Assembly: GCA_024137785.1 (NCBI GenBank)
Contig: JAHRHZ010000085.1
Coordinates: 2,463,456-2,524,487 of the forward strand
Source: Ginglymostoma cirratum
Taxonomy: Eukaryota
Direction of reading: 5' to 3'
Length of the DNA: 61,032 bases
In this document: positions 1 through 12,150 of the stretch, piece after piece
Layout: each line of letters starts with the position of its first letter
How positions within the stretch are numbered: position 1 is the first letter of the stretch
Made by a program: the position numbers and the translations under genes
The notes under the pieces: generated by a model
What the model was told of the DNA's origin: nothing
What the model saw: the letters and a program-made list of their open reading frames with translations, nothing else
The model's database searches: none

Positions 1-247
1 TTGACCTGCTGTGTTCATCCAGCCCCACGCTTGTTATCTCGGATTCTCCAGCATCTGCAGTACCTTTTATCTCCCCCTCTCTCCCTATTTATTTCAGAAC
101 CCTCTTCCCCTCCCCCATTTCTGATGAAGGGTTTAGGCCCGAAACATCAAGTTTTCCTGCTCCTATGATGCTGCTTGACCTGCTGTGTTCATCCAGCCCC
201 ATGCTTGTTATCTCGGATTCTCCAGCATCTGCAGTACCTTTTATCTC
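1..247 (+). mobile_element. Penelope-derived pseudo-LTR/SINE-like repeat, partial tandem copies, hammerhead core at 121-148
   Basis: The unit ttgacctgctgtgttcatccagcccc...gtaccttttatctc occurs twice in tandem; near-identical copies at ~7860-8031, ~47090-47227 and, inverted, at 17679, 46697 and 60879. Confidence 0.85.
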
Positions 248-661
248 TGATCCAACTTCCATACAAGCATTGATTAAACAACCTGAATTGCATTCACATA
301 ATTGGGTAATGAAAGCTGAATTGTCTAGTTAAAAGAAATATATGATGTGAAACTGCTTGCAAGCATTTGTGTCACTTCAACACTCACATTACATGTTCAA
401 GTCCATAGCTTTAGTGTGCAAAAGCCTATCTTTTCAGAGCTGAAGGCCGTCCGGTGAATTTGACAGATGAAGTAATATTTCCACAGCTTGAAGACATAAC
501 TAAATATGTGCACTTGTGTTCAACATTTTGAGTTACATCCTAAATCTAACTCGCCTATTAAGCTGTGTTTCTATATGAATTGCATGGTATTTAGTTGGCT
601 AACAGACGCATGCAAACATCACACCTCTCTTGACAATTAATGCCAAATTTATTGTCACCAG

Positions 662-705
662 GTTCAACAGAAAATGTAAGAAATCTCACTCAGCACAAAG
701 ATGAG
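662..705 (+). CDS. Gene A short cytoplasmic exon (xSTENVRNLTQHKDE); upstream V/C1/TM exons lie outside the window
   Basis: Acceptor caccag| at 661 (in-frame alternative aacag| at 670), donor gag|gtaagg at 706; phase 1 to 0 fits the next exon; homologous to 44906-44941 (ctcagcacaaagatgag|gtaagg vs ctcagcgtgaagatgag|gtgagg). Confidence 0.7.
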
Positions 706-818
706 GTAAGGCCTTTTGCCATCGACTTTGCTTTGAATTTCATCTGAATGATTCAGACATTGCAATCAAAATAATAAGCTTTTATCTGTGTGTATGAAGT
801 CAAAAATGTTCCTGTCTT

Positions 819-2870
819 GACCTACCTCAACTCCATTTTCTCCCCTTTGGTCTAGGCACACCCCATCTACATCTGGGACACAAACCATGCTCTTTGGAAA
901 CTTTCAGTTCCCTGGTCCCCAGCGCTTCATCTTCACCATGGATGTGCAATCCCAGTACACATCTATTCCCCAGAAAGACGGCCTAACAGGCCCTCAATCT
1001 TTTCCTCTCCAACAGATCCATTCAGCTTCTCCCCACCAATACACTCCTCCATCTCTCCGAACTAGTCCTCACCCTCAATAACTTTTCCTTCAATTCTTCC
1101 TACTTTCTACAAATCCAGGGGGTTGCCATGGGCACATGCATGGGCCCCAACTATGCCTGCCTGTTTGTCGGTTCTGTCGAATAGAATCCCTACAGTGTGG
1201 AGACAGGCCCTTTGGCCCAACAAATCCACACCAACTCTCAGAGCATACCACTCAGATCCATCCACCTCTCACCCACCTCATCTACACATTCCTCAACACG
1301 ATGGGCTATTTAGCATGGCCAATCCACCTAACCTGCACATCTTTTGACTGTGGGAGGAAACCGGAGCACCCGGATGAAACCCACGCTGACACGGGGAGAA
1401 TGTGCAAACTCCACACAGACAGTCGGGCAAGGGTGGAATCAAACCTGGGTTCCTGGAGCTATGAGGCAATGGTGCTAACCACTGAACCACCATGCTGACC
1501 CTGTTCAGTACGGACACTGGTACTGTTCTCCAATGCTTCCGCAGTTACAGCGATGGCAGCATCGGGTCTGCATTCTGCACCCAGGCTGAACTGGAGTAGT
1601 TCATTGACTTCACTAACAACTTCTACCCTGCCCTCACATTCACTTGGTCTTTCTCAGACACCTCCCTTCCCTTTTGTGAGCTCTCCGATTCCATTTCTGG
1701 CAACAGTTTATGGACAAACATCTACTGTCAAAGCACAGATTCTCATACCTTGCTGGATGACACCTCCTCCCATCCTATATCCTTCAAAACACCATCCCAT
1801 TTTCCAAATTCCTTCATCTTTGTTACATCTGGTCTGGCAAGGTCAACTCCCAAGCATCCCGAATGTCCGCCTTTTTCAAACAACACATTTTTTCCCCCTC
1901 TGTCTTCCAGATACCCCTCCACCACACCTCGTCCATTCTCGCTCAACAGCCCTTAACCACTGCCCCCATGCCCAAACATAATAAAGAGAGGCTCCCCCCT
2001 TGTCCGTATTTTCCACTCCACCAGCCTTTGCATCCAACGTATCATACTCAAACACTTCTGCCAACTGCAAATAGACCCCACCAACCAGAACATCTTCCAC
2101 CCCCAACCTCTCTCTGCCTTCCGCAAGGAACATTTCCTACACCACTCCTTAGTTCGCGCTACACTCCCCACCAACCACTCTAACCTGCCCGTTACCTTGC
2201 CCTGTAACTTTAAATGATGTAACACCTGCCCACACATCACCTCCCTCACCTGTACCCAGGGCTGTAACCAGTCCTTCCAGGTGAGACAGAGCTTTACCTG
2301 CATCTCATCTAACCTAGTCTATTGCATCTGCTGTACCCGTTGTGGTCTTCTCTACATCGATGAGACCCAACATAGACCAGGTGATCATTTTCCCAATCAT
2401 CTTCACCTGGACTGTAACGGCGAGCCTAACCTCCTGGTCACTGTCCATTTCTACTCACAGCCCCTTCCCCTAATCCCCTCAGACATGTCTGTCATTGGCC
2501 TCTCCAGTGTCGCAGTGACTCAGAACAGCAACACCTTATCTTCCACCTGGGCACCCTACAGCCTGGAGGACTCAACATTGACTTCTCCAATTTCAAACTT
2601 CCAGCCCCACCTCCTCCCTTTCATTCCACCCTCTGACCCTCCCTTCCAGCCACCAACCGGATTCATCTCTCCCATCGACCAACCAGGTCACACCTACTAC
2701 CAATGTCCACCTATCACCACCATTCTGCTTCCCTCCTCTCCCCCCTCCATTTTATCTGCAGCTCCCCCTCACCCCACATCCAGTTCTGAAGAAGGGTAAT
2801 ACACAAAATGTTGACTTCTCCTTTCCTCCAGATGCTGCCTGGCTTGCTGTGTTTGTCCAGCCTTCCGTTT
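819..2870 (+). mobile_element. Degenerate Penelope-like retroelement (RT + GIY-YIG endonuclease), interrupted by a SINE
   Basis: RT motifs FIFTMDVQSQYTSIP and GVAMGTCMGPNYACLFVG; GIY-YIG-type FTCISSNLVYCICCTRCGLLYIDET; degenerate hammerhead-type tail at ~2786-2812. Confidence 0.85.
1181..1497 (-). mobile_element. HE1-type tRNA-derived SINE (V-SINE)
   Basis: Minus strand has a tRNA-like head (tggttcagtggttagcacc...), core gactgtctgtgtggagtttgcacattctccccgtgtc and tail gggcctgtctccacactgtagggattcta. Confidence 0.9.
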
Positions 2871-2979
2871 GTTTTCCTTGACAAAACTGCAACTTAGCCT
2901 TTAAGATAAAAAGAACAGAGAGAAAGAAATGATTAAATGTATTACAAATGCAACTCTGATACTTGTCATGAATAATTCC

Positions 2980-3580
2980 ATCATTGTACAGTCACCCACG
3001 TTTCAAGGCTCTCTTTCAACAACATTGTTAATTATCTATTTTTTGTGACATGTTACTAGATGGATACATTTCTCTAGTCTGTTCCTCAACATACTGCTCC
3101 AGAAGACTATCCCTAACACACTTTCAAACTCATCCTTCACAGCTTTAGTGCACATTAGTTTGTTGAGCCTTTGTCTTGATTGATTCCAGCCATGATTGTT
3201 GCAAAAACTATGCACCACACATCACAAATAGGTTTATTTATCTATGCCTCACATTACTAGTAGTGTTTGTGGTTTATAAGCAACGATCAATGTTTCCTGC
3301 TGCTTGCTGTTCCTTAGCTCCACCAGAAAAGATTGCTCATTTTGATATTCCAATCTGAGATCCTTATTCACTGATCCCACCCATTACTACGAGCAAAATA
3401 CTAACATATCTTCTCTTCCTCTGTCCATCCTAAATGACATTGAATATTATTGAAAAATCAGTTGTCCTGATTATCCTGCAGTGATGTGTTTGTCATGTCG
3501 ATTAAATCATAGCCATTCATCTCTATTTAATTGTTTTTAATTTTTTTTCTTGTTGCAAGTAATACATGCATTGAATGGAC
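2980..3580 (-). mobile_element. Very old CR1 ORF2 (endonuclease end) fragment
   Basis: Minus strand reads EMNGYDLIDMTNTSLQDNQD, resembling the CR1 APE start GYDxxAITETWLQ. Confidence 0.5.
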
Positions 3581-4374
3581 TGCCCTTGAATTTGTCATCG
3601 TCAACGTGATTCTAAGCTTTGCTAATGCTTACCTTCATTTCCCCTGGTCTTGCCAGGTTGTGAAATCCTGTGTTTCACTAACTTAGGCGCAGAGGTGCAG
3701 ATCAGAAGAGAACGAAAATTCCTAATAATAAAGCACATTGCACAAAATGTCTGAGAGCACATATGTAAATCAAAATTGATTTCTTGTATTTTGTTCTCTG
3801 AATGAAAGGAATACCATTGTTTATCCATTAAATTGTTTTATTGCTCTGTCTGACCACGTTCCCCATTAATCTGTTGCCCGATGTTTCTATCTTAACAAAA
3901 ATCTTCAGACCGAAATTAACAATTTGCTGGAAAATGTTGGTTCGCATCTTACGTACCTTAAAGATTCTGTGCAATTGAATTGCAAGTTCATCTTCACTAA
4001 AAAAAAACTTCACTGTCCCATTTGTCATTATTCAAATGGTGCTATTAAAATAACTATGGAGATCTAATTATTTTATCATTCTTCAACTCACCAATAAACG
4101 ATTGCTTTTATGAGTCTAATTAGCTCATTAATTTAAGCATTAAGCACAAAATATTAGGGAATGCCAGTTTTAAACTAATTAATGCACCAATCAAAAATCG
4201 CGTAGAAGTTTAGCTATTACACGCAGTTTGAATTTGTACTTTTACTTCCAAATGAGGAAACATGCATTTAATAAAATTTATTTATCTTTGTAAAGGAAAT
4301 TCAGGCCAATTCCGTTTAGAAAGTACAAAACACCTTCAACTTGTTATAGGATGTAATGTTGAATGATTTCCATA

Positions 4375-4722
4375 TGAATATGAATGTGGATAGCAAGAAG
4401 CTTTTTCCCAGATTGGGGGATTCAATTACTAGGGGTCACAATTTCAAGGTGAGAAGGAAAAGTTTTAGGGAGATATGCATGGAAAGTTCTTTACGCAGAA
4501 GGTGGTGGGTGCCTGGAACGCGTTGCCAGTGGAGGTGGTAGAGGTGGGCATGATTGCATCATTTAAGATGTAGCTAGACCGATACATGAATGGGCAGGGG
4601 GCAGAGGGACACAGATTCTTGGAAAATAGGTGACAGGTTTAGAAAGAGGATCTGGATCGGTGCAGGCTTGGAGGGCCGAAGGGCCTGTTCCTGTGCTGTA
4701 ATTTTTCTTTGTTCTTTGTTCT
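4375..4722 (+). mobile_element. CR1 LINE 3' fragment
   Basis: LFPRLGDSITRGHNFKVR...; 3' end gggccgaagggcctgttcctgtgctgta followed by a (ttctttg)n tail. Confidence 0.85.
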
Positions 4723-5049
4723 TTTGAATGTTGAAATTGATAATGTTGAATTAATGCAATCATTTTTTGCTCAGGAAACTGAATTTAGCAGGGTTCCTCT
4801 TCTAAGTTTTAACACACTCAAACATGAAGTTTCATAGTTTATGAGCAGGGTTGCATCAGCAACTGAGGAAGCTTTCATTTATGTCGAGTGGAGAGAAGGG
4901 GACTGGATGAAAAAGCTTTAAGCTATTAAGAATATAACAAAGAGGTAGCAGACTCATGGAGACAAAGTAATTACCATTGATTACTGTGGAAAACTGATTC
5001 CTGGCTCCAGAAAATAGAAATTAATGAATGTTAAACCTTAACTTTCCAG

Positions 5050-5160
5050 AGAAAACAAGAAACAGCTGAAGACAGATTAATTTATGCTCATCTTGAACTG
5101 GTCCATTCAAAGGATGCTAAAATTCCTCAGCCACAGGATGAAAAAACAGTGTATGCAGAG
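5050..5160 (+). CDS. Gene A cytoplasmic exon RKQETAEDRLIYAHLELVHSKDAKIPQPQDEKTVYAE (ITIM LIYAHL plus TVYAE)
   Basis: Acceptor tttccag|, donor gag|gtatct, phase 0-0, 111 nt, open frame; paralogous exon at 47399-47507. Confidence 0.85.
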
Positions 5161-5299
5161 GTATCTCTCTGTTCATATGTCTGAATAAAGTAACCATTTT
5201 CTTAATTACAATCATTTGGTTTTGAGATAACATTGAAGAATTCTAAACTTTTAGTGAAATTTGAAACAATAATGAATTACTTTCACTGTTGTTTTACAG

Positions 5300-5428
5300 A
5301 CCAAACATAGCACGAACAAATGCCAGCTGACTTACGCTGCTCTGAATTTGAATGGTCCCAGGTTAACAATGAAGCCAGAACACACAGCTGCAACTCCATT
5401 GTATGCCGCAGTGAAAGCCAGCAGCTAA
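5300..5428 (+). CDS. Gene A terminal coding exon TKHSTNKCQLTYAALNLNGPRLTMKPEHTAATPLYAAVKASS* (ITIM LTYAAL plus PLYAAV)
   Basis: Acceptor ttttacag|, 129 nt to TAA; same length and aligned motifs as 47650-47778. Confidence 0.85.
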   Translation, partial: TKHSTNKCQLTYAALNLNGPRLTMKPEHTAATPLYAAVKASS

Positions 5429-6054
5429 ATTTAATGATACTCAGACAAAAATCAAGTGATCTTGGTATCATGGGTGTTTTCTATCCTTTTCCGTCTTGTG
5501 CAGTCCTTTTTGTGTTCTTTGATTGGTTTCAAAAAATAGTAGTTGATGTTTTTTCCTTCTTTAATGTCTCATGAACCAACTCTATTTTGCCTTCAAACTT
5601 GCTGTACTGTTTGAGATAGCAGCTGGCTTCATTCTAACTATTAAACTCATCATTCTCTTGCACTTGCCACGATGTTACACGTAATAAGTATCATTGTTTT
5701 CTGATAGCTTTCTGAAAACTCTTATACCACCATTGTTTTCACCATTTCACTATTAGTTACATTGTGAAAATACTGATATTTTGATCCTTTTTTTTCAGTG
5801 TAGGATGGTTCTAACTGTGCCAAATATATATCAGTTTTTCATTGCTTTATTCTTTTTAATTTGTTCATGTTTTATTGCATTTTTTGATTTAAATTGGTTG
5901 TTTGATTCACGATAATTCAAGCAATAGTTCTGTTTTTATTAGTCCTGTGTCATTCCACTTTAACCATGTTCTGTAAAAATATTTATGCCTTTCGTTTTCC
6001 TTTTGTGAAGCCAAATAGGCCCAAGTGATAATTAGCTACAATACTTTGTTTTAA

Positions 6055-6437
6055 TTTGTTCATTGGATAAAGGCATCATTGGCTGGTCCAGCATTAGTTG
6101 TCCGTTCCTAATTGCACTTTAATTGAGTGGTTTACGAGGACAGTTCAGAGATCCATTCAGAGCCAACCGCTTGACTTTGGGTCTTGAATCACATTCAGGT
6201 CAGAGCAAGTAAGGATAGCACATTTCCTTCTGTAATGGGCATTAATGATCCCAATTTTTTTTACAAAAGTCGTGATTGATACATGGTCACAATTAGACTA
6301 ACTTTCAATTCCAAGTTCTCAAATTGCATTCAGGTTTTCCCTTCTGCCATGGAGGAATTTTAACTCATGTTCTCAGAAAATTGGTCTGGGTCACTGAATT
6401 ACCAGACCATTGACATGACCACGATGTTAAAGCCTCC
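6055..6437 (-). mobile_element. Degenerate SINE/LINE-end composite repeat
   Basis: Contains the ggctggtccagcatt LINE-end motif repeated elsewhere in the window and a decayed tRNA-like head on the minus strand. Confidence 0.45.
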
Positions 6438-7675
6438 TTGATTTCATTAATTTGCAATATTTTCTGCTCAAACATGACTCTTCAAGTGCAGATAGCAAAT
6501 AGAAATGCTCAATCCATCCAATGTTTATACCAATGTTTCAACCTTGATAACCCACCTTTTCAACAACATACATTCCTGCAAAACGTCTTCCAGCATCTCA
6601 GAAATATCCGCATTGACAAGTCAAGAGCATTTAATGTTTATAATCTTCATTTTCATTTTGCATTTCTGGAGTCCAGCAGTTACTCCAGTGTCATACTACC
6701 ATCAGACATAATCTGAGGGATGGTCTGTTGATTGTTTCACTGCAAACAAAGCTAATGTCAAGCTTGATATTATTCGGATAAATTGATCAGGTATTTGTTT
6801 CCACTCAAGTTATTCTTTATTCAGTGCTACCCTTTACCTGTTGGATTTACATGTATAATGTTTAGTGTGAGCTTGAGTTACTGGTTTTGTGTTACTATCT
6901 AGCTTCCCCCCACCTACCCTGCAACCGCTGTATCTGATGTTAATAATTAACTTGTAATTATTTTGTTACCAGGCAATTGCTTTTCTAAAACAATTTACAA
7001 AGCACAGCTCTGAAGGGTTTGGATTCTGTGCACTCATGGACTTTTGCTTGTCTAAGATTTCTTGCAAACTACCATGGTTAATAATGGGGTGTCAAACATT
7101 TGTTAGAGAGTTGTGGAAGTTGGTTTGCTTAACACTAAGGGAAATATAACATTTAAGAGAGGGAGTTTTGAATAGTGAAGTCCTGTGAAGTTCTTTGAAA
7201 AGGATGGATGTATTGTGAAATGTTCAGAAGCAGGGACTGATAGATGAAGTGAATGAGATTACCTTGAAGTGTAGAGTTATTATCAGCCCAGAAACAGAAG
7301 TGTTGGGATAACCAAAAAATCTGACTTGCATTAGTTCAGAGAAGCTCAGGTATGTGTTAGCTCCAGGAAGAAGCAATCATTTTTCCAGTCCAAAATTTGT
7401 TTAGTCAATTAGCTTAAACCTATCATCAGAACGTTATTTGAAAGATGTCTTGAGAACTGCACTGGCATTATGTTTTGGATATTACCTAAAAGCTAATTTT
7501 ATCCTTATCAATTTATAGAGGTGTGTTTTGTGATTAATGGATAATACATTTTACTGTGCGCTTATAGACTTTGAATTTGTATGGAAGTTTATAGTTTTGT
7601 TTATTCTATTATATCTTTGCTCATTTGTAATGCATTTGCTTTGTTGATAAAGCAAAACCTGCAGTACAGTGTGCT

Positions 7676-8031
7676 AGATAACAAGCATGGGGCTAGATGA
7701 ACACAGCAGCATCATAGGAGCAGGAAAACTTGACGTTTCGGGCCTAAACCCTTCATCAGAAATGGGGGAGGGGAAGAGGGTGGCTCCCTCCCCGCCTCTT
7801 CAACTTGTCTGCCTCCTCTCCACCTATCCTCTCCTCTATCCATCCTCTATCCACCTCCCCCTCTCTCCCTATTTATTTCAGAACCCTCTTCCCCTCCCCC
7901 ATTTCTGATGAAGGGTTTAGGCCCGAAAGGTCAAGTTTTCCTGCTCCTATGATGCTGCTTGACCTGCTGTGTTCATCCAGCCCCATGCTTGTTATCTCGG
8001 ATTCTCCAGCATCTGCAGTACCTTTTATCTC
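7676..8031. mobile_element. Penelope-derived insertion, inverted partial copy + direct copy, 14 bp TSD
   Basis: cagtacagtgtgct at 7662-7675 and 8032-8045; hammerhead cores at 7732-7759 (-) and 7905-7932 (+). Confidence 0.9.
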
Positions 8032-8871
8032 CAGTACAGTGTGCTTTTGTTTTCATAAGATAACACTGTTTAAACCAAACAAATAAAACCATGATCTATC
8101 AACCACACTCCTAACTGGTTTCTGATTTATCTGGTTATAAAACAACATCAGCTGGGATCATCACTGCTACTATAGCAATTTTCCAATCTCAGTATATACA
8201 TCATGTACCCTTAATCTACTGCAGTTATCATTTCTCACAGTTTGGTATTGATGAGGGTGTCCATTGTCATATCTGCTTCCAATCAGTACTCTGGACTCTG
8301 TACTCTTAACTCACTCATAGAAGTATCCTGACTATCAGTTATTTATCTTTGCAGATATAATTTAACAAATTCAGTTTCTGATAACGCATTGTTTTATTTT
8401 TAAAACATCGGAATTGTTTCACCTGTGTTCTGTGTTAAGATGTACATGCCCAAGGAAGTTGTCGTATTTTCTTGAATAAAAATGACTCTTGATGTCTCTG
8501 CATGAGAAAAATATAATGGGGTATTGATAGAAGTGAAATGAGAGAAATGAGTGGATTTACATTAGAAGCAACCATGCTAGTATATGTCTGAATAAGACTT
8601 TAAAAATATCAATTGATTATTTTCAAAAGTGATGGCGCAATTAATGTAGCTTCCCCATGGAGTACAACTTAAAAGGTGACATCTCAGCCAGAATTTAGTG
8701 AAATATTTTTTATTCTGGACCATATTACAAAGCATATTGCACCAATCTAATCTATTGTTATTTTTTTGTGAGGTATTTCACTTATATATAAATACATGTT
8801 ATGATCTCAGAACAGGTATGCTCAAATGCATCCAGTAAGCTGTAATATTAATATTGAAGTAAACATAGGAG

Positions 8872-9095
8872 CACTAGTAGGCCATTCAGCCTTTCGAGGC
8901 TGCTCCATCATTTACTATGACCATCCAAGGTGGTGCCCTGTTCCCGCTTTCTCCTGGTACCCTTTGGCTCATTTAGCAGAAAGAACTATGTCTAACTCCT
9001 TCTTGAAAACATTAAATGCTTTAGTCTCAACCACTTTCTGTGACAGAGAATTCCAGAAGCTCACAACTTCCTGTGTGAAGAAATTTCTTCTCATT
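8872..9095 (-). mobile_element. CR1 LINE 3' fragment
   Basis: Matches the reverse-strand CR1 3' ends at 19414 and 38771. Confidence 0.75.
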
Positions 9096-9399
9096 GCAGG
9101 AATGTGTAATGGGACGTTTGAAAAATCATATTTTTTAACACAGTTAAACAGTTTCTGGAAGTGAATGTGTAAATAGAAAGGCAGGATTTTGCTCTTTATT
9201 AAATGTGGTGAAATGTTTGAATCAAATGAATAACTTGTGCAAGGACAAACGATTTTGATGAAATCTCAGTTGCAAAACTGTGCATAGTTTTGATTTCACT
9301 GCCTAATGTAGGATATATCTTTGGTAGCAAAGATGCAATACCATGAAGTCTGTGATGAGAAGATCATCTAATGCGTACAACCAATCAAAAATGGGCCAC

Positions 9400-10620
9400 A
9401 TGTTGGAAAATGATTAGAGCCTTGGTTCAAACATGGACAAGAGAGCTGCATCCCAAAGGTGAGATGAGAGTTACAGCACTTGACACCAAGGCCACGTTCC
9501 ACTGAGGATGGCATCAAGGAGCCCGAGCGACATTGGAATTGCAAGGATCAACTCTTTGGTGTTTGGAGTCATACACAGCACAGAGGAAGATAGTTGTGAA
9601 TGCTGGTGTTCAATCATCTCAGCTCCAGGACGTCTCATCACGAGTTCCTCAGGATAGCAACATCGGCCAAACCATCTTCAGCTGATCATCAATGATTTTC
9701 CCTACATCAAAAGGCCAGAGGTGGGGCCAATTGCCACTGATTGCAAAATGTTCAGCACCATTCACAACTTCTCAAATGTCGAACCTCTCCATGTTCAAAT
9801 GCAACAAGATCTGGACAATATGCAGGATTGGGCTGACAAGTGGGAAGTAATGCTCGTACCATGCAAATGTCAGGCATTGACTATCTCCAATGAGAGAAAA
9901 TCTAACCATAGCCCCATCACTTTAAATGGCATTATCATTACTGATCCCTCCCCACACTGCTAGTATAAACATCATTGGGGTTACCATTGACCAGAAACTC
10001 AGCTGGATGTGCCACATAAATACAATTGCTACAAGAGCCGGTCAGGTGCTTAGAATACTGCGGCAAGTAACTCACCTCTTGACTCCCCAAAGTCTGTTCA
10101 CCATGTACGAGGCAAAGTCAGGAGTTTGATGGAAATCTCCCCAGTTGCATGGAAAGGCATAGCTCCAGAAACACTCAAAAAAACTTTGCACTATCCAAGA
10201 CAAAGCCGCCCTTGATTGGCAACACATTTACAAGCATCCATTCTCTCCACCACAGACGTTCAGTAGCAGCAGTGTGTATTATTGACAAGTTGGAATTCAG
10301 AAATTTGCAAAAGATCCCCAGACAGCGCCTTCCAAACCCATGACCACTTCCATCTTGAAGGAGAAAGGCAGCAGATATATGGGAACACCACCACCTACAA
10401 GATCCCCTCCAAGCTACTCACCATCCTGTCTGGGAAACATATCACCATTCTTTCACTGTCGTTGGATCTAAATCCTTGAATTCCCTCATTGAGGGCATTG
10501 TGGGTCAATCTACAGCACCGGGACTGCAGTGGCTTAAGAAGGCAACACACCAACACATTCTCAAGGACAGCAATGAAAGAGTAATAAATGCTGGCCAGCC
10601 AGCAATGCCAACATCCCATG
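9400..10620 (+). mobile_element. Degenerate non-LTR LINE (L2/CR1 group) RT and 3' end
   Basis: Decayed RT motifs (ALDTKATFH, GVPQDS, IATDCKMF for FADD, QQDLDNMQDWADKW, IIGVTIDQKLSW); 3' end aataaatgctggccagccagc. Confidence 0.8.
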
Positions 10621-10825
10621 ACAGAATATACAAAAATGTTTGTAGAATAGTTAGGTGGTTGTTTTTGACCAACACAGACCGTGATGGGCTGAAGGCCCTT
10701 TTTCAGCTTTTCATCTTAATGAGTCTATGAGGCTGTGACTGTAAAAGCCCATAGAAAATTGGAAACCCTGGATAATGTAAGCCACGAAGACGAAGAACAG
10801 ACAGCATTAATAATGTTCCAGAAAA

Positions 10826-12150
10826 GGAGTCAGCTCAGAATCTCAGTTGAAGGGACTTCAGTTTAAAATTCCAGACCTTAAATCTTCGGTTAAAATCTTG
10901 AACGTGATACTTGACGCTGAGAATATCTAGGTATATTTCTGTGAACAATCAAGACAGAGGCTATCACGCTGTCATAGCCAGGAATTGAAATTAGCAGTTC
11001 AGTCAAGATGATAGGTGTTTGAGGGAGGAAAGCTCTTTCTGGTGTTGCAGCATAGTAAAGTGATTGGATGATATTGATAATGTGCGTTTCTAAACTGTTT
11101 AAAATGCAATACATGTAAATATCCTGGATTACTCTATTTTCTCTTCATACAGAATAGACGAATCATAGAATCCAGACACCATGGACATAGGCCATATGAC
11201 CCATTGGGTCCACAGTGAGCCTCTGAAGAGCATTCCACCTAGACTCAACCCCTCACCCTGTCCCTGTAGCTCTGCATTTATCATGGTTTACCCACCTAGC
11301 CTGCACATCCCTGGACACTATGGACAATTTGCATGGTCAATCCATCTCAGCTGCATGTCTTTGAACTTTGGGAGGAAACTGGAGGGCCTGGAGGAAACTC
11401 ATGCAGACACAGGGAGAATGTGCAAACTCCACACAGACAGTCGCCGGAGGGTGGAATCGACCCCAGGTCCCTGATGCTGTGAGGTAACAGTGCTAACCAC
11501 TGAGCCAGCATGCCACCCTTATGTGTAATCTTGTATATAATAAGACACTTTTAAACATTTTGATAAGATATGTTGGCATCATTTCATTTTGGGCGTGTGT
11601 TTCAGTGAAAGGATACCTCATAAAAATAACACACAACATATTTTATGTGAAAACTCTGTCATCAGATGTGTGTATCAATGGCTGGAACAGCACTTACTAC
11701 CCATCCCAAGTTGCTCTTAAGACATTGAGCTGCCTTCTTGAACCACTGCAATCCATGTGTTGTAGGCTGACCGATAATGCTGTCGCAGAGGGAATTTGAG
11801 GATTTTGACCCAGTGACAGTGAAGGAATGCTAATATATTTCCAAGTCAGGATAGTGAGTGGATGGAAGGGGACCTTGCAGCTCGTGGTGTTCCCGTGTAT
11901 CTGCTGCCATTGACCTTTGAGACAGAAGTGGTTATGTGTTTCAAAGGTGAAGTCTGAAGAGTTTAAGTGGATTTCTACAGTTCATCTTGTGGATGAAACA
12001 CTCTGATGTCACTAAGCATCAGTACTGGAGGGCGTAGATATTTGTGGGTTGCCAAACAAGTGGGTTGCTCTGTTCTGGGGTGGGTTATGGAGCTGCACCC
12101 ATCCAAGCTACTGGGGAGTATTCCATCACACTCTTGACTTGTGTCTTGTT
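10826..12150 (+). repeat. Copy 1 of an old local segmental duplication
   Basis: Collinear with 14360-15690 across unique sequence, SINE and LINE (e.g. gtgcgtttctaaactgtttaaaatgc in both). Confidence 0.85.
11160..11518 (-). mobile_element. HE1-type SINE
   Basis: Core gggagaatgtgcaaactccacacagacagtcg. Confidence 0.85.

Noticed and set aside
1400-1497. tRNA-like sequence (also at other SINE heads)
   Set aside because: These are the tRNA-derived heads of HE1 SINEs, not tRNA genes.
3176-3358. Hydrophobic ORF FIYLCLTLLVVFVVY as a TM exon
   Set aside because: Antisense of an old CR1 fragment and downstream of the first cytoplasmic exon of gene A.
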